Shown in pieces: positions 24,851 to 38,065 of a stretch of DNA of 64,000 bases. The stretch's first letter is position 1. Each line of letters starts with the position of its first letter. Under the pieces are notes generated by a model, which saw only the letters and a list, made by a program, of their open reading frames with translations, made no database searches and was not told where the DNA came from. The DNA is taken from NCBI RefSeq assembly GCF_044704955.1, contig NC_091987.1:208258001-208322000 (forward strand), read 5' to 3'. This stretch comes from Pristiophorus japonicus (taxonomy: Eukaryota). Both the position numbers and the translations under genes were made by a program.

Positions 24851-26599
24851 CTGAAACACAAGGAAAAGCAAGAAATAACCATGTGGCAGGCCGACTAGAA
24901 ATAAATAGTTTATGTTTGTTCTGTCCTGATTATTATTGATTGCACCTTTTTTTCAAAACTGATTTCCTGTCACAGAAGTACTTTTGCAGCCTTCCATGCT
25001 ATAACAAGGCTTCCATTTTATTATAAGGCTTTCTGTATAAACATTGTATCATTGTTTATTGGGCAGCTACAATTGAAGCCTTGTCTACTCAAGCCCATTT
25101 TTGGAGCCTTGCAAGTAAGGAGACATTCATTAATTCTTGTTATCTTACGTTTTATAGGAGTGTTTTAGGCAGGTCTGGAGTGCCAGTTACTGTGTGTGTT
25201 ATCTCAGATGAGATAATAAAGCTGTTATAATATGACCGTTTGGCTAAGACAAAGACCACGATTGTTGGGAAGTTATTCAAGCAAACAAGGTTAGTTAGTA
25301 CCACTTTTTCCAGTGCCGTTTCCTGTTCTCGCCCAGAACTGGAAGATGACATCAACTTGGCTTCCACCCTTCCCACGCCTTCACATGGTCCATCGATGAC
25401 TCTTCCCTTCCTCGACTTTTCTGTCTCCATTTCTGGTGATAGGATAGCGACCAAATTCCACGATAAGCCCACGGAATCCCACACCTACCTGGACTACACT
25501 TCCTCCCACCCCGCTTCCTGTAGGGATTCTATTCCATTGTCCCAATTTCTCCGTCTCTGTCGCATCTGTTCCAACGATGCCACCTTCCATACTAGTGCTT
25601 CCGATACGTCTTCCTTTTTCCTCAATCGAGGATTCCCCTCAGCTGTGGTTGACAGGGCCCTCGACCATGCCCATTCCATTTCCTGCATTTCTACTCTCAC
25701 CCCTTCCCCTCCCTTCCAGAATCACAACAGGGTTCCTCTTGTCTTCACCTTCCACCCCACCAGCCTCCATATTCAATGGATCATTCTCCCCATTTCCACC
25801 ACCTCCAGCGTGATCCTACCACCAATCACATATTTCCCTCCCCTCCCCTTTCAGCTTTCTGAAGGGACCGCTCCCTCTGCGACACCTTGGTCCATTCCGC
25901 AGTCACCCCCAGCACCCACTCCCCTTCCCAGGCACCTTCTCGTGCAAGCGCAGAAGATGCAACACCTGCCCTTTTACCTTCTCCCTTCCCACTGTCCAGG
26001 GCCCCAAACACTCCTTCCAGGTAAAATAGAGATTTACTTGTACTTCTTGCAATTTAGTATACTGTATTCGCTGCTCACGATGTGGTCTCCTCTACATTGG
26101 GGAGGCCAAGCGTAGATTGGGTGACCGCTTTGCGGAGCACCTCCATTCAGTTCGCAAGTGTGACCCTGAGCTTCCAGTCACCTGTCACTTTAATTCCCCA
26201 CTCCACTCTGACCTCGCCATCCTCGGTCTCCTGCACTGTTCCAATGAAGTTCAACGCAAGTTCGAGGAACAGCACCTCATCTTTCGTTTAGGCACTTTAT
26301 GGCCTTCTGGACTCAACATCAAGTTAAAAAATAACAGATTATAACCTCTGCCCCCATTTTATCCGACGGCCGCCTTTGCTGATGATTCTGCTATTCCCAT
26401 TTACGCCTCTGCTAGACCCATCTTTTGCTTCTATACTTGTCCCATTACCATCTCCTTTTGCCTCGCACCATCATCCCTTTTGTCATTTAATCTCTCCTGC
26501 CTTCCATCCCATCACAGACCTTCCCTTTTGTTTTTTTCTCCCCTTCCCCCTTTTCCTGCCTCTGTACTCGTGTAAAATCTGTTGTCTGTAACTTTTTCC

Positions 26600-26785
26600 A
26601 GTTCTGACGAAACGTCATCGACCTGAAAGGGAATTAAGGGTTACGGGGAGCGGGCGGGTAAGTGGAGCTGAGTCCACGGCCAGATCAGCCATGATCTTGT
26701 TGAATGGCGAAGCAGGCTCGAGGGGCTAGATGGCCTACTCCTGTTCCTAATTCTTATGTTCTTATGTTCTTATGAAACGTTAACT
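26600..26785 (+). ncRNA. Minimal type I hammerhead ribozyme of Penelope, disrupted by a CR1 insertion
   Basis: AGTT-CTGACGA-aacgtc-atc-gacct-GAAA | CGTT-A-ACT. The CR1 sits at 26629-26772 with a TGAAA duplication. Confidence 0.72.
26629..26772 (+). mobile_element. CR1 3' end inserted in the hammerhead
   Basis: CR1 3' UTR, (TTCTTATG)n tail and TSD TGAAA. Confidence 0.88.
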
Positions 26786-27085
26786 CTGTTTTACTCACCA
26801 GAGATGCTGCCTGGTCTGCTGAGTATTTCCAGCATTTTCTGTTTTTAGTTAAGAATAAGGGTGTCTTTTTTTAAATGTATTTAAGGAAGACGTAAAGCCT
26901 AGATTATGAGAACATTCTCAGAGCGGAACTGGACACGTACAAAGCAAGGCTCAGCAAGTCTGATCACCTCAGGATCTTGTGGTCCTCGTCAGGTTGTACT
27001 TCAACATCTTATTCATGGTGTTAAGTTTTGTATTTAACTTCTTTACTTGTCTTGTAGTTTCTTTTGTAACTGTAATAAACATTGT

Positions 27086-27508
27086 GTAGAATGGGCCTAT
27101 ATTCTCTGGCGTTTAGAAGAATGAGAGGTGATCTCATTGAAACATATAAGATGCTGAGGGGGATTGACAGGGTAGATGCTGAGAGGTTGGAGAGTTTTGA
27201 ACTAGGGGGTCACAGTGTCAGGATAAGGGGTCGGCCATTTCAGACTGAGACCAGGAAGAATTTCTTCACTCAGATGGCTGTGAATCTTTGGAATGCTCTG
27301 TCCCTGAGGGCTCTGGATGCTCAGTTGTTGAGTATATTCAAGGCTGAGATAGATAGATTTTTTGGACTCCAGAGGAATTAAGGGATTCTGGGCATCGGGC
27401 TGGAAAGTGGAGTTGAGGTTGAAGATCAGCCAAGATCTTATTGAGTGACTGAGCAGGCTCGAGGGGCGGTATGGTCGAATACTACTCCTAATTCTTATGT
27501 TCTTATGT
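27086..27508 (+). mobile_element. CR1 3' fragment
   Basis: RRMRGDLIETYK..NFFTQ..NLWN and a TTCTTATG tail. Confidence 0.88.
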
Positions 27509-28707
27509 ATTACTTTGGAACAAGACTCTAGTCTCTGAGTATCAAAGTCCGAATCTAATATAAATCACTTACATTTCCCTCTTTCTTTGGGATTCTAGTT
27601 GAGGTAGCAGGCTGCCAACTTTTGACAGCTTGCGGGTGAACTGTTGCTAATTATTTGGAGTTATACCAGCATGTCCTGAGATATATGCCGTATCCTTCAA
27701 TTAATCCCCCCTATCCTGCAGGACCAACTTGTATTGTAGGGAATGAGAGAAAATGCCACCTCCTATCACTCCGTATCAGATTATATTGACATACTGACTC
27801 ACAATGGCATTGAGCTGGTATACAAGTTCAACTCTAATCCATTCTCACCTCTGATTCACACCATGAGTTTAAGCCCCACTCCAGAACCTAGTTGAGGCTG
27901 ACACTGCGGTGCAGCGTTGAGGGAATGCCGCAATGTTGGAGACATTGGGGATAATTTTAATTGAACTGGCCAGGCAGGAAACCCATGGGATCGGACTTAA
28001 ATGTAGAGTAAAATCGGGCAAGGTGTGAAACCAGTGGTGCACCCAAATCTGTCAGTTCGCTGATGGGTGCGTTTAAAATTGCCCCGAGCTTGCAGATGCG
28101 ATATTAAACCGAGGATGTCTGTTCAGGTTGATATAAAAGATCCTACGGCATAATTTAAAGAAGAGAATTGAGTTCTCCTGCTGACCTGGTCAACATTTTT
28201 CCCTCAACCAATGCCACCAGTAATATTATCATTTATCTTATTTGTGGGATCTTGCTGTATGAAAATTAGCTGCTGCCTTTGCCTATATAACAAAAGTGGT
28301 TGTACTTCAAAATGAATGAATCACTTGTAAAGCACTCTGAAAAGTCCTGAGAACATGATAAGGTAATACAATAATTGTAGGTTTCTTTCTGTCTGTCTTG
28401 ACAATCGCTGCTTGAGATTTAGCTGCTCTCCAGGTACATTTTCTGCTGCCCAATGGGCAAGCCCACACTCCCTAGGAATTGAAATGTGACCTTTTGTGCA
28501 AGATCATCTGGAATATAGCATGATCCGGTGGACGTTTGACCCATTTACCATCGAGATGTGCACTGGAAACATTATGGAATGCCATCATATTCTGATCTCT
28601 CTGACTGATGGACAAATAACACTCTGAGGGACCAGGCTAAAAACTACAATTCAAGTTTATGAAGAAGTAATGAGATTAACAGAAGAAAAATAAAACAAAC
28701 ATCAGAT

Positions 28708-29321
28708 TGGCTTGCCTTTATTAGCCGAGGCATAGGATATAAGAGCAGGGGGGTTATGCTGGAACTGTATAAAACATTGGTTAGGTCACAGCCGGAGTAC
28801 TGCGCGCATTACAGGAAGGACGTGATTGCACTGGAGACGGTACAGAGGAGATTTACGAGGATATTGCTGGGAGTGGAGAATCTAAGCTATGAGGACAGAT
28901 TAGATAGGCTGGATTTGTTTTCATTGGAACAGAGGAGGCTGAGGGGAGAGCTCATTGAGGTGTATAAAATTGAGGGGCCTAGATATAGTGGATAGAAAGG
29001 GCCTATTCCCTTAGCAGAGGGGTCAACAACCAGAAGGCATAAATTTAAAGTAATTGGTAGAAGGTTTAGAGGGGATTTGAGGGGAAATTTCTTCATGCAG
29101 AGGTTGTGGGGGTCTGGAACTCGCTGCCTGAAAGGATGGTAGTGGCAGAAACATCACCACATTTAAAAAGTACTTGGATGTGCACCTGAAGTGCCGTAAC
29201 CTGCAAGGTTACAGACCTAGAGCCGGAAAGTGGGATTAGGCTGGATAGCCTCTTGTTGGCCGGCATGGACATGATGGGCCCAAATGGCCTTCTTCTGTGC
29301 TGTAAACTTCTTCTATTCTAT
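28708..29321 (+). mobile_element. CR1 3' fragment
   Basis: LYKTLVR..VQRRFTR..RRLRGELIEVYK. Confidence 0.85.
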
Positions 29322-29859
29322 AATACCTCACTTAATCTACAGCATCTTTCAAAACTATCATTTCTCATCACCTTAACACCTTTTGAGACTGATACTATCA
29401 GTTTGGACTAGGCATCTGGGATGAGAAGTATTAGCGGAGATTGAACCCCTACAGAGTTCTCATTATAGTTGGAAACTCATGAATGAGCAAAATCATATCA
29501 TATTTATGCCTAGATTTAAACTGCTTCTGGTTATAGAACTGTCAATCAAAATAGACTCCAGAGGTGGCAAAGCAGCCCCTCTATGAAAAATGTCTCTCGA
29601 CATTCACCCACATTCAGGACAAAACATACCACACTGCCATTTTCATCTTGCTACCACTCTATTGCTGTCCAAATAGAGTTGGGGGGGAGGGGGGGGGAGG
29701 AGGGGGAGTATGAATCAGCACCTGTGAATCATGTATAAGAACATAAGAACATAAGAAATTGAAGCAAGTGTAGGCCATTTGGCCCCTCAAGCCTGCTCTA
29801 TCATTCAATAAGATCATGGCTGATCTTGGAGTTTTGATCCAAATAATAAGTATAGTGAA

Positions 29860-30290
29860 TGAACTTGCATTTATATAGCAACCTTAGGATGTCCCAAAGC
29901 ACTTTACAGCCAATGAAGCACTTTTAAAGTGAAGTCACTGTTGTAATGCAGGAAACGCGGCAGCCAATTTGGACACAGCAAGCTCCCACAAACAACAATG
30001 TGATAATGACCAGATAATCTGTCCTTAGTTAGTTGAGGGCTCAATATTAAACCTGGACACTGGGGATAACTCTTCTGCTTTATCTTTGAAATAGTGCCAT
30101 GGGATCTTGTACGTCCACCTGAAAGGGCAGACGGGGCCTCGGCTTAATGTCTCGTCGGAAAAGCGACACGTCGGTACTGCACTGGATAGTCAGCTTAGGT
30201 TTTTTGCTCAGGTCTCGGGAGTGGGACTCTGAACCCAGAACCGACCGCCTCACAGGCGAGCGTGCTACCACTAAGCCACGGTTGACACCT
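29860..30290 (-). mobile_element. SacSINE1-like DeuSINE
   Basis: Tail, Deu domain and head present. Confidence 0.82.
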
Positions 30291-31414
30291 TAGTTGGTGC
30301 CGGTTGAAGATTGGACTTCGACAGATTGTTGGAGGTTGAGAAAATGGATTTTATGTTGCGTTGAACCCGCCTAACCTGGAAGCACTTGATGCGTGCAGTG
30401 GGTGCCTGAAATGGAAATTTCACCCATTCCCAGCACTAAAATCCCTCGTCTTGATCAGTGAGCAAGGAGATTAAACATTTTCTAAGAAATTACTTTCTCC
30501 TTGATTTTTATCTCCTGGCTGCCTTTCTCCAAATACCATGTTCCAAATGCCTAATTGCACATTCCACATACAGGTGCAGACATGCTGGGCCAACGTGTTT
30601 CAACAACAGTTGCTGCCAGTTCTGTGAATTTATGTTAAAGTTAAACTTCAGTTGTACGGGTGAATTGACTACTCCTGTGCTCCTAGTGGGGAGCCAGACT
30701 TGAAGTGAGAGGGGTGGGGGGAGTCTCAGAACTGGTGGTACCATGTCACAGTCCAATCTCTTCCCCGCGGGCACGACTTCCTTTTGTTCCAAGTGACTAA
30801 AAAACAATAAAGGCAGCACCCCGGGAAGTGGGGGGTCAATTTTAACCGAACTCGCTTGGATAGCACTATATAGAGGGATGGGCAGGGAATTATGGGAATT
30901 AGCCACTGTGAGTCATGGATATTGGAGTCAGTACCTCTGAAGGGGTGATGGGGGGGGGGGGGGGCGGAAGAGGGGTGTAATTATAAGTTTCCCTCGGCGG
31001 GAAACTGATGGCAGCCAATCGGCTGCCTGTTTTCCATCCCTTCTGATTTTAGTTTCCATCAAGGTCTATAGAAACTCAAATTGTGCGAGCTGCAAATCGA
31101 ACGGCTGATCCAATCCTCTCAGCTTCCCACCAGGCAGGTTAAGTAAAAATGACCCCTCCCCCACATGATTTTATTTTGCCTTGAGTACGGTAAGGTAATT
31201 ATTTTCAGGACAATTTTTCACTTCACTTTGATGGGTGTCTTTACAGGTAAGTGAAATCACTGTTAACCATTTAGGTCGAGAACAGAAATGGCCTCCTTCT
31301 TTCATCTTTTAAACTTTCAATTTCAAAATATTTCTGTTAATGCTCTCCTTACTATAGTCCAATACTCAACTGTTTGAGGGAGCACCAGTGAAACAGAGGT
31401 ACTGGAGTGTTGAA

Positions 31415-31860
31415 AAAAAGTGCATTTATATAGTGCCTTTTCACGACCACTGGATGTCCTAAAGCGCTTTACAGCCAATGAAGTAATTTTTGAAGTGTAG
31501 TCACTGTTGTAATGTAGGAAACGTAGCAGCCAATTTGCGCACAGCAAGCTCCCACAAGCAGCAATGTGATAATGACCAGATAATCTGCTTTAGCGATCTT
31601 GGTTGAAGGATAAATATTGTCCAGAACACCGGGGATAACTCCCCTGCTCTTCTTCAAAATAGTGGCATGGAATCTTTTAACGTCCACCTGAGAGAGCAGA
31701 TGGGACCTCGGTTTAACGTCTCATCCCAAAGATGGCACCTCCGACAGTGCAGTGCTCCCTCAGCACTACACTGGAGTGTCAGCCCAGATTTATGTGTTCA
31801 AATCTCTAGAGTGGGACTTGAACCCACGACCTTCTGACTCAGGCAAGGGTGCTACCACAA
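31415..31860 (-). mobile_element. SacSINE1-like DeuSINE
   Basis: Tail, Deu domain and head present. Confidence 0.85.
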
Positions 31861-31888
31861 GAAGCAAGACACAGAAGACCCACACAGT

Positions 31889-33235
31889 GGGCCCAAACTT
31901 GCCTAGGAGTTGCTCCGTTTTCTTTTGGAGCAACTTGATTTTTCTGGCGTATCTTAAAAACTCCCATTTTGCACATTTAATTTGCGCCTGTGTAAGTGAG
32001 TTAGTTAGGATTTTTTTAGTTTAGCTTTTTTTTTCAAAAGGGTGTGTTACCAGCTGTTTTTTGGCCATTTAAGCCAGATTGGACAGTTAATAGTTGCTCC
32101 AAATTAACTTAGACCAGTGTATGTGGCCACTTGTAGCCGCACAGAAAACAGTTGCGGAGAGTTAAGAAATCAGCGCAGGTAGCCAGAGATGGGGGGGGGG
32201 GGGGGAGAAGGGAAGCACAGAGGACTTTGCAAAGCACTAAACACCTTCACAACTACTAATACAGATCTTGTACTGTAACTTTTGCATAATTTACACATTC
32301 CACTATATAAAGCTTGATAAAATATGCACTTTTTAATATTATTTATATCAGAAGACAAAGAGTTTCATAAAACCGTTTATGAATAAAGTGAACAATGGTC
32401 ACTTGCGCAAGGTACCTGAGGGTGCACATGCAGTTACACCCCAATAAGGCACCCGTGGGTGCTGATGGATTGTTCCCAACAGGGTATCTACGGGCAGTTG
32501 TTCACTAAGAATTGGTGGGATTTAAAAAAAATTGACCTAAGTCATGATTACTACCAAAACAAAAGCCACGATCAATATTTGCTGGTACTGAGAGACCAAA
32601 CCTAAGGGAAGTTTTCTCTGGTCATTCTCACCTCTTAACAGTCAGTTGCATTGTGCCATTGAAAAAGACTTTTTCTAAATCATTTAAAGAAACTCTCCTC
32701 CTTTCTCCCCCCGCCCCCCCCACCGATCAAAACTCTTTCCCCCCCCTATCAAAAAACTCTTCCCCCTGCCACCCCCGATCAAAACTCTCCTCCCCCCCCC
32801 CCCCCACAATCAAAACTTCCCACCCCCCACCCCGGTCAAAAGTCTCCCCGCACCAACCCGTTTCTTGTAGCCCTCAGCGCGGGAAGGCAGTGGCCGGCCT
32901 GTGCGACAGGCCACTCAGCCAGGGATAGGGGCAGCGAACATCAGGTCGACCCTTCGGCCAGGGATAGGGGCGGCGAGCATCGGGTCTGGCTCACAGCCTG
33001 CAGGACACGCTGGGAGGGTGAGGAGCGACTGCGCAGGAGCGCAGCTGCCGGCACTGTTTTTGGCGCAGGGCCTGCCGCTCCACCCGCCACTCCACGAGAA
33101 GCGCCGCGCCAGGACCCGGGACACACAGCAGAGCGGCCAGATCGCTGGTAAGCTTTTTGGCGCTGTTTTGAGTGCACAAAGTCGGCGAATCTCGGGAGAG
33201 TGCGCCGGAAAAAAGGGTTGGGGAATTTTGGGCCC
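31889..33235. mobile_element. Non-autonomous PIF/Harbinger-type DNA transposon (1.35 kb)
   Basis: TIRs GGGCCCAAACTT / AATTTTGGGCCC with a perfect 3-bp TSD AGT. Confidence 0.75.
32700..32850. repeat. C-rich minisatellite, about 5 units of (C)n-GATCAAAACTCT
   Basis: Repeated cgatcaaaactct / atcaaaaaactct / atcaaaactt units separated by C runs. Confidence 0.7.
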
Positions 33236-33593
33236 AGTGCATCTACAGTACGAGGTCACTGAGGTTCTCCTATAACTTAAGAAGACTAATTACAAACCAG
33301 CTCAGTGATTTCTTTGTGCCAGCACTGAATGCCTGGAAATGCTTATCAGTGACAGTAGAAACTGCCAAGCAGCCCTCCCTCGTAATGCACACGTTATTTC
33401 ATATTCTATTACAAATGAACTGCGAAACAGAGGAAGAGTCTTCCTAAATGCTCTTAGTATAAAGATGCTTAATTTGAATGATCTAATTCAAATTGAAACC
33501 TGGAATTAAAAAAACATCTCGTGCTTTTTTTGTTAAAATTGCTTCTTCAATTTTTTTTTTTAAGCGCGGAACAATTTTGAATGAACATACGTA

Positions 33594-36078
33594 GGGCCTG
33601 AAATTGGTCAATGCATACGGTCCGCCCATTTCTCGCCAGTATGCCAGCGGTGCATCGTTTCAAACCACCGACATACCGCTGAGACTGAAGAGGACAAAAT
33701 TGGTCAATTTTTTTCGGCATTATGTCGGCGGTCTGCAGCGGGCGGTATGTAACAGTAATCGACTTTCCCTTTGATGGATGCTGTGGCACAGAACTGCGCA
33801 TGTGCGATTTTTTTTCCCTGTTTTTTTTACAGAAGTGTTTTACCCACGATTTCGGGGGCCAGGGTTCACCTGCGCATGCGCAGTGAGTTGAAGAGGAGGA
33901 AGAGAGAGTGAGAAGGAGCACAGGCTAGTCGATGGGCAGTTACTTTGCGACTGCAGCAAAGAGGGACGTCATCAAGGTCCAGCTCTGTGATTGGAGCGTG
34001 GCAGATACAGCAGGAGCGGCGAGACGTGTGCACACTGGGTCTATGCAGCAGAGCTGGTCTCCAGTTGTCTTGGATAACCCTTGCCACTGGACCAAGACCT
34101 AGCTCTGTCAAGCCCGTGTGGTGGCTGGTGTGTAACGGTCACCACACGTAAAAAAATCCACGCACAGGCATCTTCCATCCTTCAGGATGTAGTTCAGGAT
34201 CTGGAATATTAGGTCCTTCATTGAAACACCTGTGAACTCATCCTTTTTTGGCGTGGAAGCAAGTCATTTTACATTTAAGTAAGATTGCGATAAGTCACTG
34301 TACTATGTACTCATGTAACCCTGACTCCTCCCCTGGTGTCAAGCATTTTTAAATGTTGTTTTGTACTTCAGACCACACTGACACAAAAAGACCAGATGAC
34401 AGACCCACTGCCTACACCTCTGGCATCACCCAGTCCTCTCCCGACTTCACCACGGGCAGAGATGTGGAAGACGAAGAGGAAGAGCCGCTGATCCTGGAGC
34501 CAGTGGAGGTGGAGGTAGGGGTGGAGATGGAGGAGGATACACGAGCTCCATGTGGGCCAGCTGGAACATCCTCCACCACCGAGTCTGTATTCAGGGGATT
34601 CCCCCATGGCTCCTCTGATTCTGCCGGACCAAGCCGTGCGCAGCAAGGCACCCCCAGTGTTGCAGCGCTTTTGCCGCAGCGACAGAGGTTGCTGCAGTGT
34701 GTACCAAGGTCGGTTGCTGTTGGCGTGTACCAAGACATGGTGCGGTCTGTCACAGGCCAGCATCGATATAGGTCGAGAGCTGCTCAAGGCCATGACTACG
34801 ATAGCTGCAAAAACCGCGGTTCTATCAGAGCGGCAATCGGAGGATATGTCGCGTATGATCACCACGATGGAGCGGACTGCCGATGTCGTCGAAGCCATGG
34901 GGCAATCGACAGGATCGGGACATGGTGCGGAACCACCCCCCCACCCCCGTGCATAGTAGTCAGGTCGATAGCAGCTGAGGGTGGGGAGCTAACATCATCT
35001 TCCAGCCCTGTAGCCGTGCCTTCCACATCGCAAACTTTTCCTGAGGTCCCACTTATTGCACCTGCAATATCTGACCCCCAAAGACAGCAGCAGCACTCGG
35101 GGAGTGTCCGGGCTCAGGGGCAGTGGGTAAGGGAAGGGCGGGAGTAAGAAAGGAGGGAATAGTCCCAAGGGTGGTGTAGCATGTAGTCGAGGACGTGGTC
35201 GAGGACAGTAAAGGGTCTTTTGTTGTACTTGTTCATTGAATAATTGAAGTTTGATTTGTAAAAGTTTATTAAAGTTGTAAAAGTTTTGTTAAAGTTGTTA
35301 TTAAAATTGTTAAAATTTTGTTAAAGTTGTTATTAAAGTTTTTAAAGTTGTTACAGTGGTTTTATAGTTATAAGTTTTACAAAGTTTTGCAATTGTTGTA
35401 TATTTTTGACATTTTACATAAATGTTTGAATTGAATTTAAGCACTCTTGTACGGTGTCAAACTTTTGGGGTAACAGTCATCAGGGTTCCAAAATGCAGCT
35501 CTCCACATTCAAGCAAAGCATTCATTTATAAACCTTCTCACATCTGGTTCCTCCATTAGACAGGTAGCCAGCAATACAGGCTGAGATAGTACAGGCCCCA
35601 TTCTTCTTAAATCTCGACAATACTTTTCAATTAAAAAAAAATAACTAAAATGCCTTCTATCTTAATAAGTTACTCAGTACCAATAAAAATATCTTTTACA
35701 CTCTAAATCGTACTGTAAAGTCACTGTTCATCTCTGAAGTACAGAGGTGCTGCTATAGCCGACAGTTCTCAATTTCCAAAATGGCGGATCCGTGCACTCT
35801 GCCCATTCCCACCCACTTAACATCGCGCAAAATAACCTTTTCCAGGACGGTATGCAGCTCCGGTGTTATGTTGGCGGTATGCGATGAAAATCGAACTTTT
35901 TGGGCGGTATGCGGGCGGTCCTGCACGGCGGACAGTGTGCCTACCGCTCGGCGGTATGTCAATGGTGAATAATCCGCCGAGTGGTATGTTGGCGGTATGT
36001 AGGTGTTTTTTTGACCAAAATCGCATTTTTGGGCGGTACGCGGGGGTGGTGGGCGGTATGTCGACCAATTTCGGGCCG
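33594..36078. mobile_element. Internally deleted PIF/Harbinger transposon (2.5 kb)
   Basis: TIRs GGGCCTGAAATTGGTC / GACCAATTTCGGGCCG, TSD gta/gca, and subterminal GGCGGTATG arrays at both ends. It carries an acidic/coiled-coil ORF remnant (34370-35147, +) and a possible transposase C-terminus FINECFA* (35509-35532, -). Confidence 0.75.
33930..34267 (+). mobile_element. RTE-tailed non-coding retroposon fragment nested in the Harbinger
   Basis: Matches pieces of 12560-12978, with an internal deletion and no (TGA)n tail. Confidence 0.7.
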
Positions 36079-36120
36079 GCAGACTGCATGGCAAGAGTGT
36101 TAGGTTTGGTTTGGTACTGT

Positions 36121-37279
36121 AAACATAGGAATATAGAAACATAGAAAATAGGTGCAGGAGCAGGCCATTCAGCCCTTATTCAATATGATCATGGCTGATC
36201 ATGCAACTTCAGTACCCCATTCCTGCTTTCTCTCTATACCCCTTGATCCCTTTAGCCATAAGGGCCATATCTAACTCCCTTTTCAATATACCTAATGAAC
36301 TGGTCTCAACAACTTTCTGTGGTAGAGAATTCCACAGGTTCACAATTCTCTGAGTGAAGAAGTTTCTCCTCATCTCGGTCCAAATGGCCTACCCCTTATC
36401 CTTAGACTGTGACCCCTGGTTCTGTATTTCCCCAACATCGGGAACATTCTTCCTGCATCTAACTTGTCCAATCCCGTCAGAATTTTATATGTTTCTATGA
36501 GATCCCCTCTCATTCTTCTAAATTCCAGTGAATATAAGCCTAGTCGATCCAGTCTTTCTTCATATGTCAGTCCTGCCATCCCGGGAATCAGTCTGGTGAA
36601 CCTTCGCTGCACTCCCTCAATAGCAAGAAATTCCTTCTTCAGGTTAGGAGACCAAAACTGCACACAATACTCAAGGTGTGGTCTCACCAAGGCCCTGTAC
36701 AAGTAAGACCTCCCTGCTCCTATACTCAAATCCCCTCGCTATGAAGGCCAGCATGCCATTTGCTTTCTTTACTGCCTGCTGTACCTGCATGCCTACCTTC
36801 AATGACTGATGCACCATGACACCCAGGTCTCGTTGCACCTCCCCTTTTACTAATCTGTCACCATTCAGATAATATTCTGCCTTCCTGTTTTTGCCACCTC
36901 ACACTTATCATCATTATACTGCATCTGCCATGTATTTGCCCATTCACCTAACCTGTCCAAGTCCCCCTGCAGCCTCCTAGCATTCTCCTCACAGCTCGCA
37001 CTGCCACCCAGCTTAGTGTTATCTGCAAATTTGGAGATATTACATTCAATTCCTTCGTCTAAGTCATTAATGTATATTGTAAATAGTTGGGGTCCCAGCA
37101 CTGAACCCTGCAGCACCCCACTAGTCACTGCCTGCCATTCTGAAAAGGACCTGTTTATTCCCACTCTTTGCTTCCTGTCTGCCAACCACCTCTCTATCCA
37201 TGTCAATACATTACCCCCAATACCATGTGCCTTAAATTTGCACATTAATCTCTTGTGTGGGACCTTGTCAAAAGCCTTT
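36121..37279 (-). mobile_element. CR1 LINE fragment (RT region to tail)
   Basis: KAFDKVPH..QGSVLGP.LF.IYINDL..KFADNTK and a (CATAGAAA)-type tail. Confidence 0.92.
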
Positions 37280-37530
37280 TTAAATTCTATCTGATCTTTC
37301 TGGCAGAACATCTTCCAATCCATGCAGAACAGTGATTCACAAACTATGTGAGGCTGCACCTTACCAAAGAATTCTCGGGCTCTCTTGTCCAACTGCCTAT
37401 GTATACTGTGACAGTTATTGCAGACTTAAAGAGGAAGTATTATTTATTTAAACAACAACCCACAATTTGTTAGGTTGCTGTTTGGAGAGCTACTTTGTAG
37501 GTTATGGGGGCAGATTATATCAGACCTATT

Positions 37531-38050
37531 ATAGAATCATAGAATCATAGATTAGTACAGCACAGGAGGCCGTTTTGCCCATCGATTCTGTGCTGGCTCT
37601 TTCAATTAGTCCCACTGCCCCCGCTCTTTCCCATATCCCTGCCATTTTTTCTCCTTCAAATATTTATCTTTTGAAGGCTACTATTGAATTTGTATCCACC
37701 ACCCTATCAGACAGTGCATTCCAAATCCTAACCACTCGTTGCGTAAAGACATTTTTCCTCATGTCGCCTCTGGTTCTGTTGCCAATCACCTTAGCTCTGT
37801 GCTCTCTGGTTATCGGTCCCTCAGCATTGAAAACAGTTCTCTTTATTTACGCTATCTAAACCCTTCATGATTTTAAACACCTCCATCAAATCTCCTCTTA
37901 GCCTTCTCTGTTCTAAGGAGAACAACCCCAGCTTCTCCAATCTATCCACGTAACTGTAATCCCGCATCCCTGAAACTATTCTTGTAAATCTCTTCTGTGC
38001 CCTTTCCAAAGCATTCACGTTCTTCCTAAAGTGTGATGCCCAAAATTGTG
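37531..38050 (-). mobile_element. CR1 3' fragment
   Basis: ALERAQKRFTR..RRLRGDL and an (ATAGAATC)n tail. Confidence 0.85.
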
Positions 38051-38065
38051 CAGGTCCTTAAAGTA

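Larger units (their letters stand above)
25300..26848 (+). mobile_element. Penelope-like element (RT C-terminus, GIY-YIG endonuclease, terminal repeat), decayed
   Basis: LPFLD..KPTESHTYLDYTSSHP..SIPLSQFLRLCRICS and, after frameshifts, YCIRCSRCGLLYIGE..RLGDRFAEH..EQHLIFRLGTL.PSGLN. A hammerhead motif lies downstream. Confidence 0.88.

Noticed and set aside
34353-35147. 264-aa ORF as a host gene
   Set aside because: It lies inside TIR-bounded transposon sequence, and the plausible reading shifts frame.
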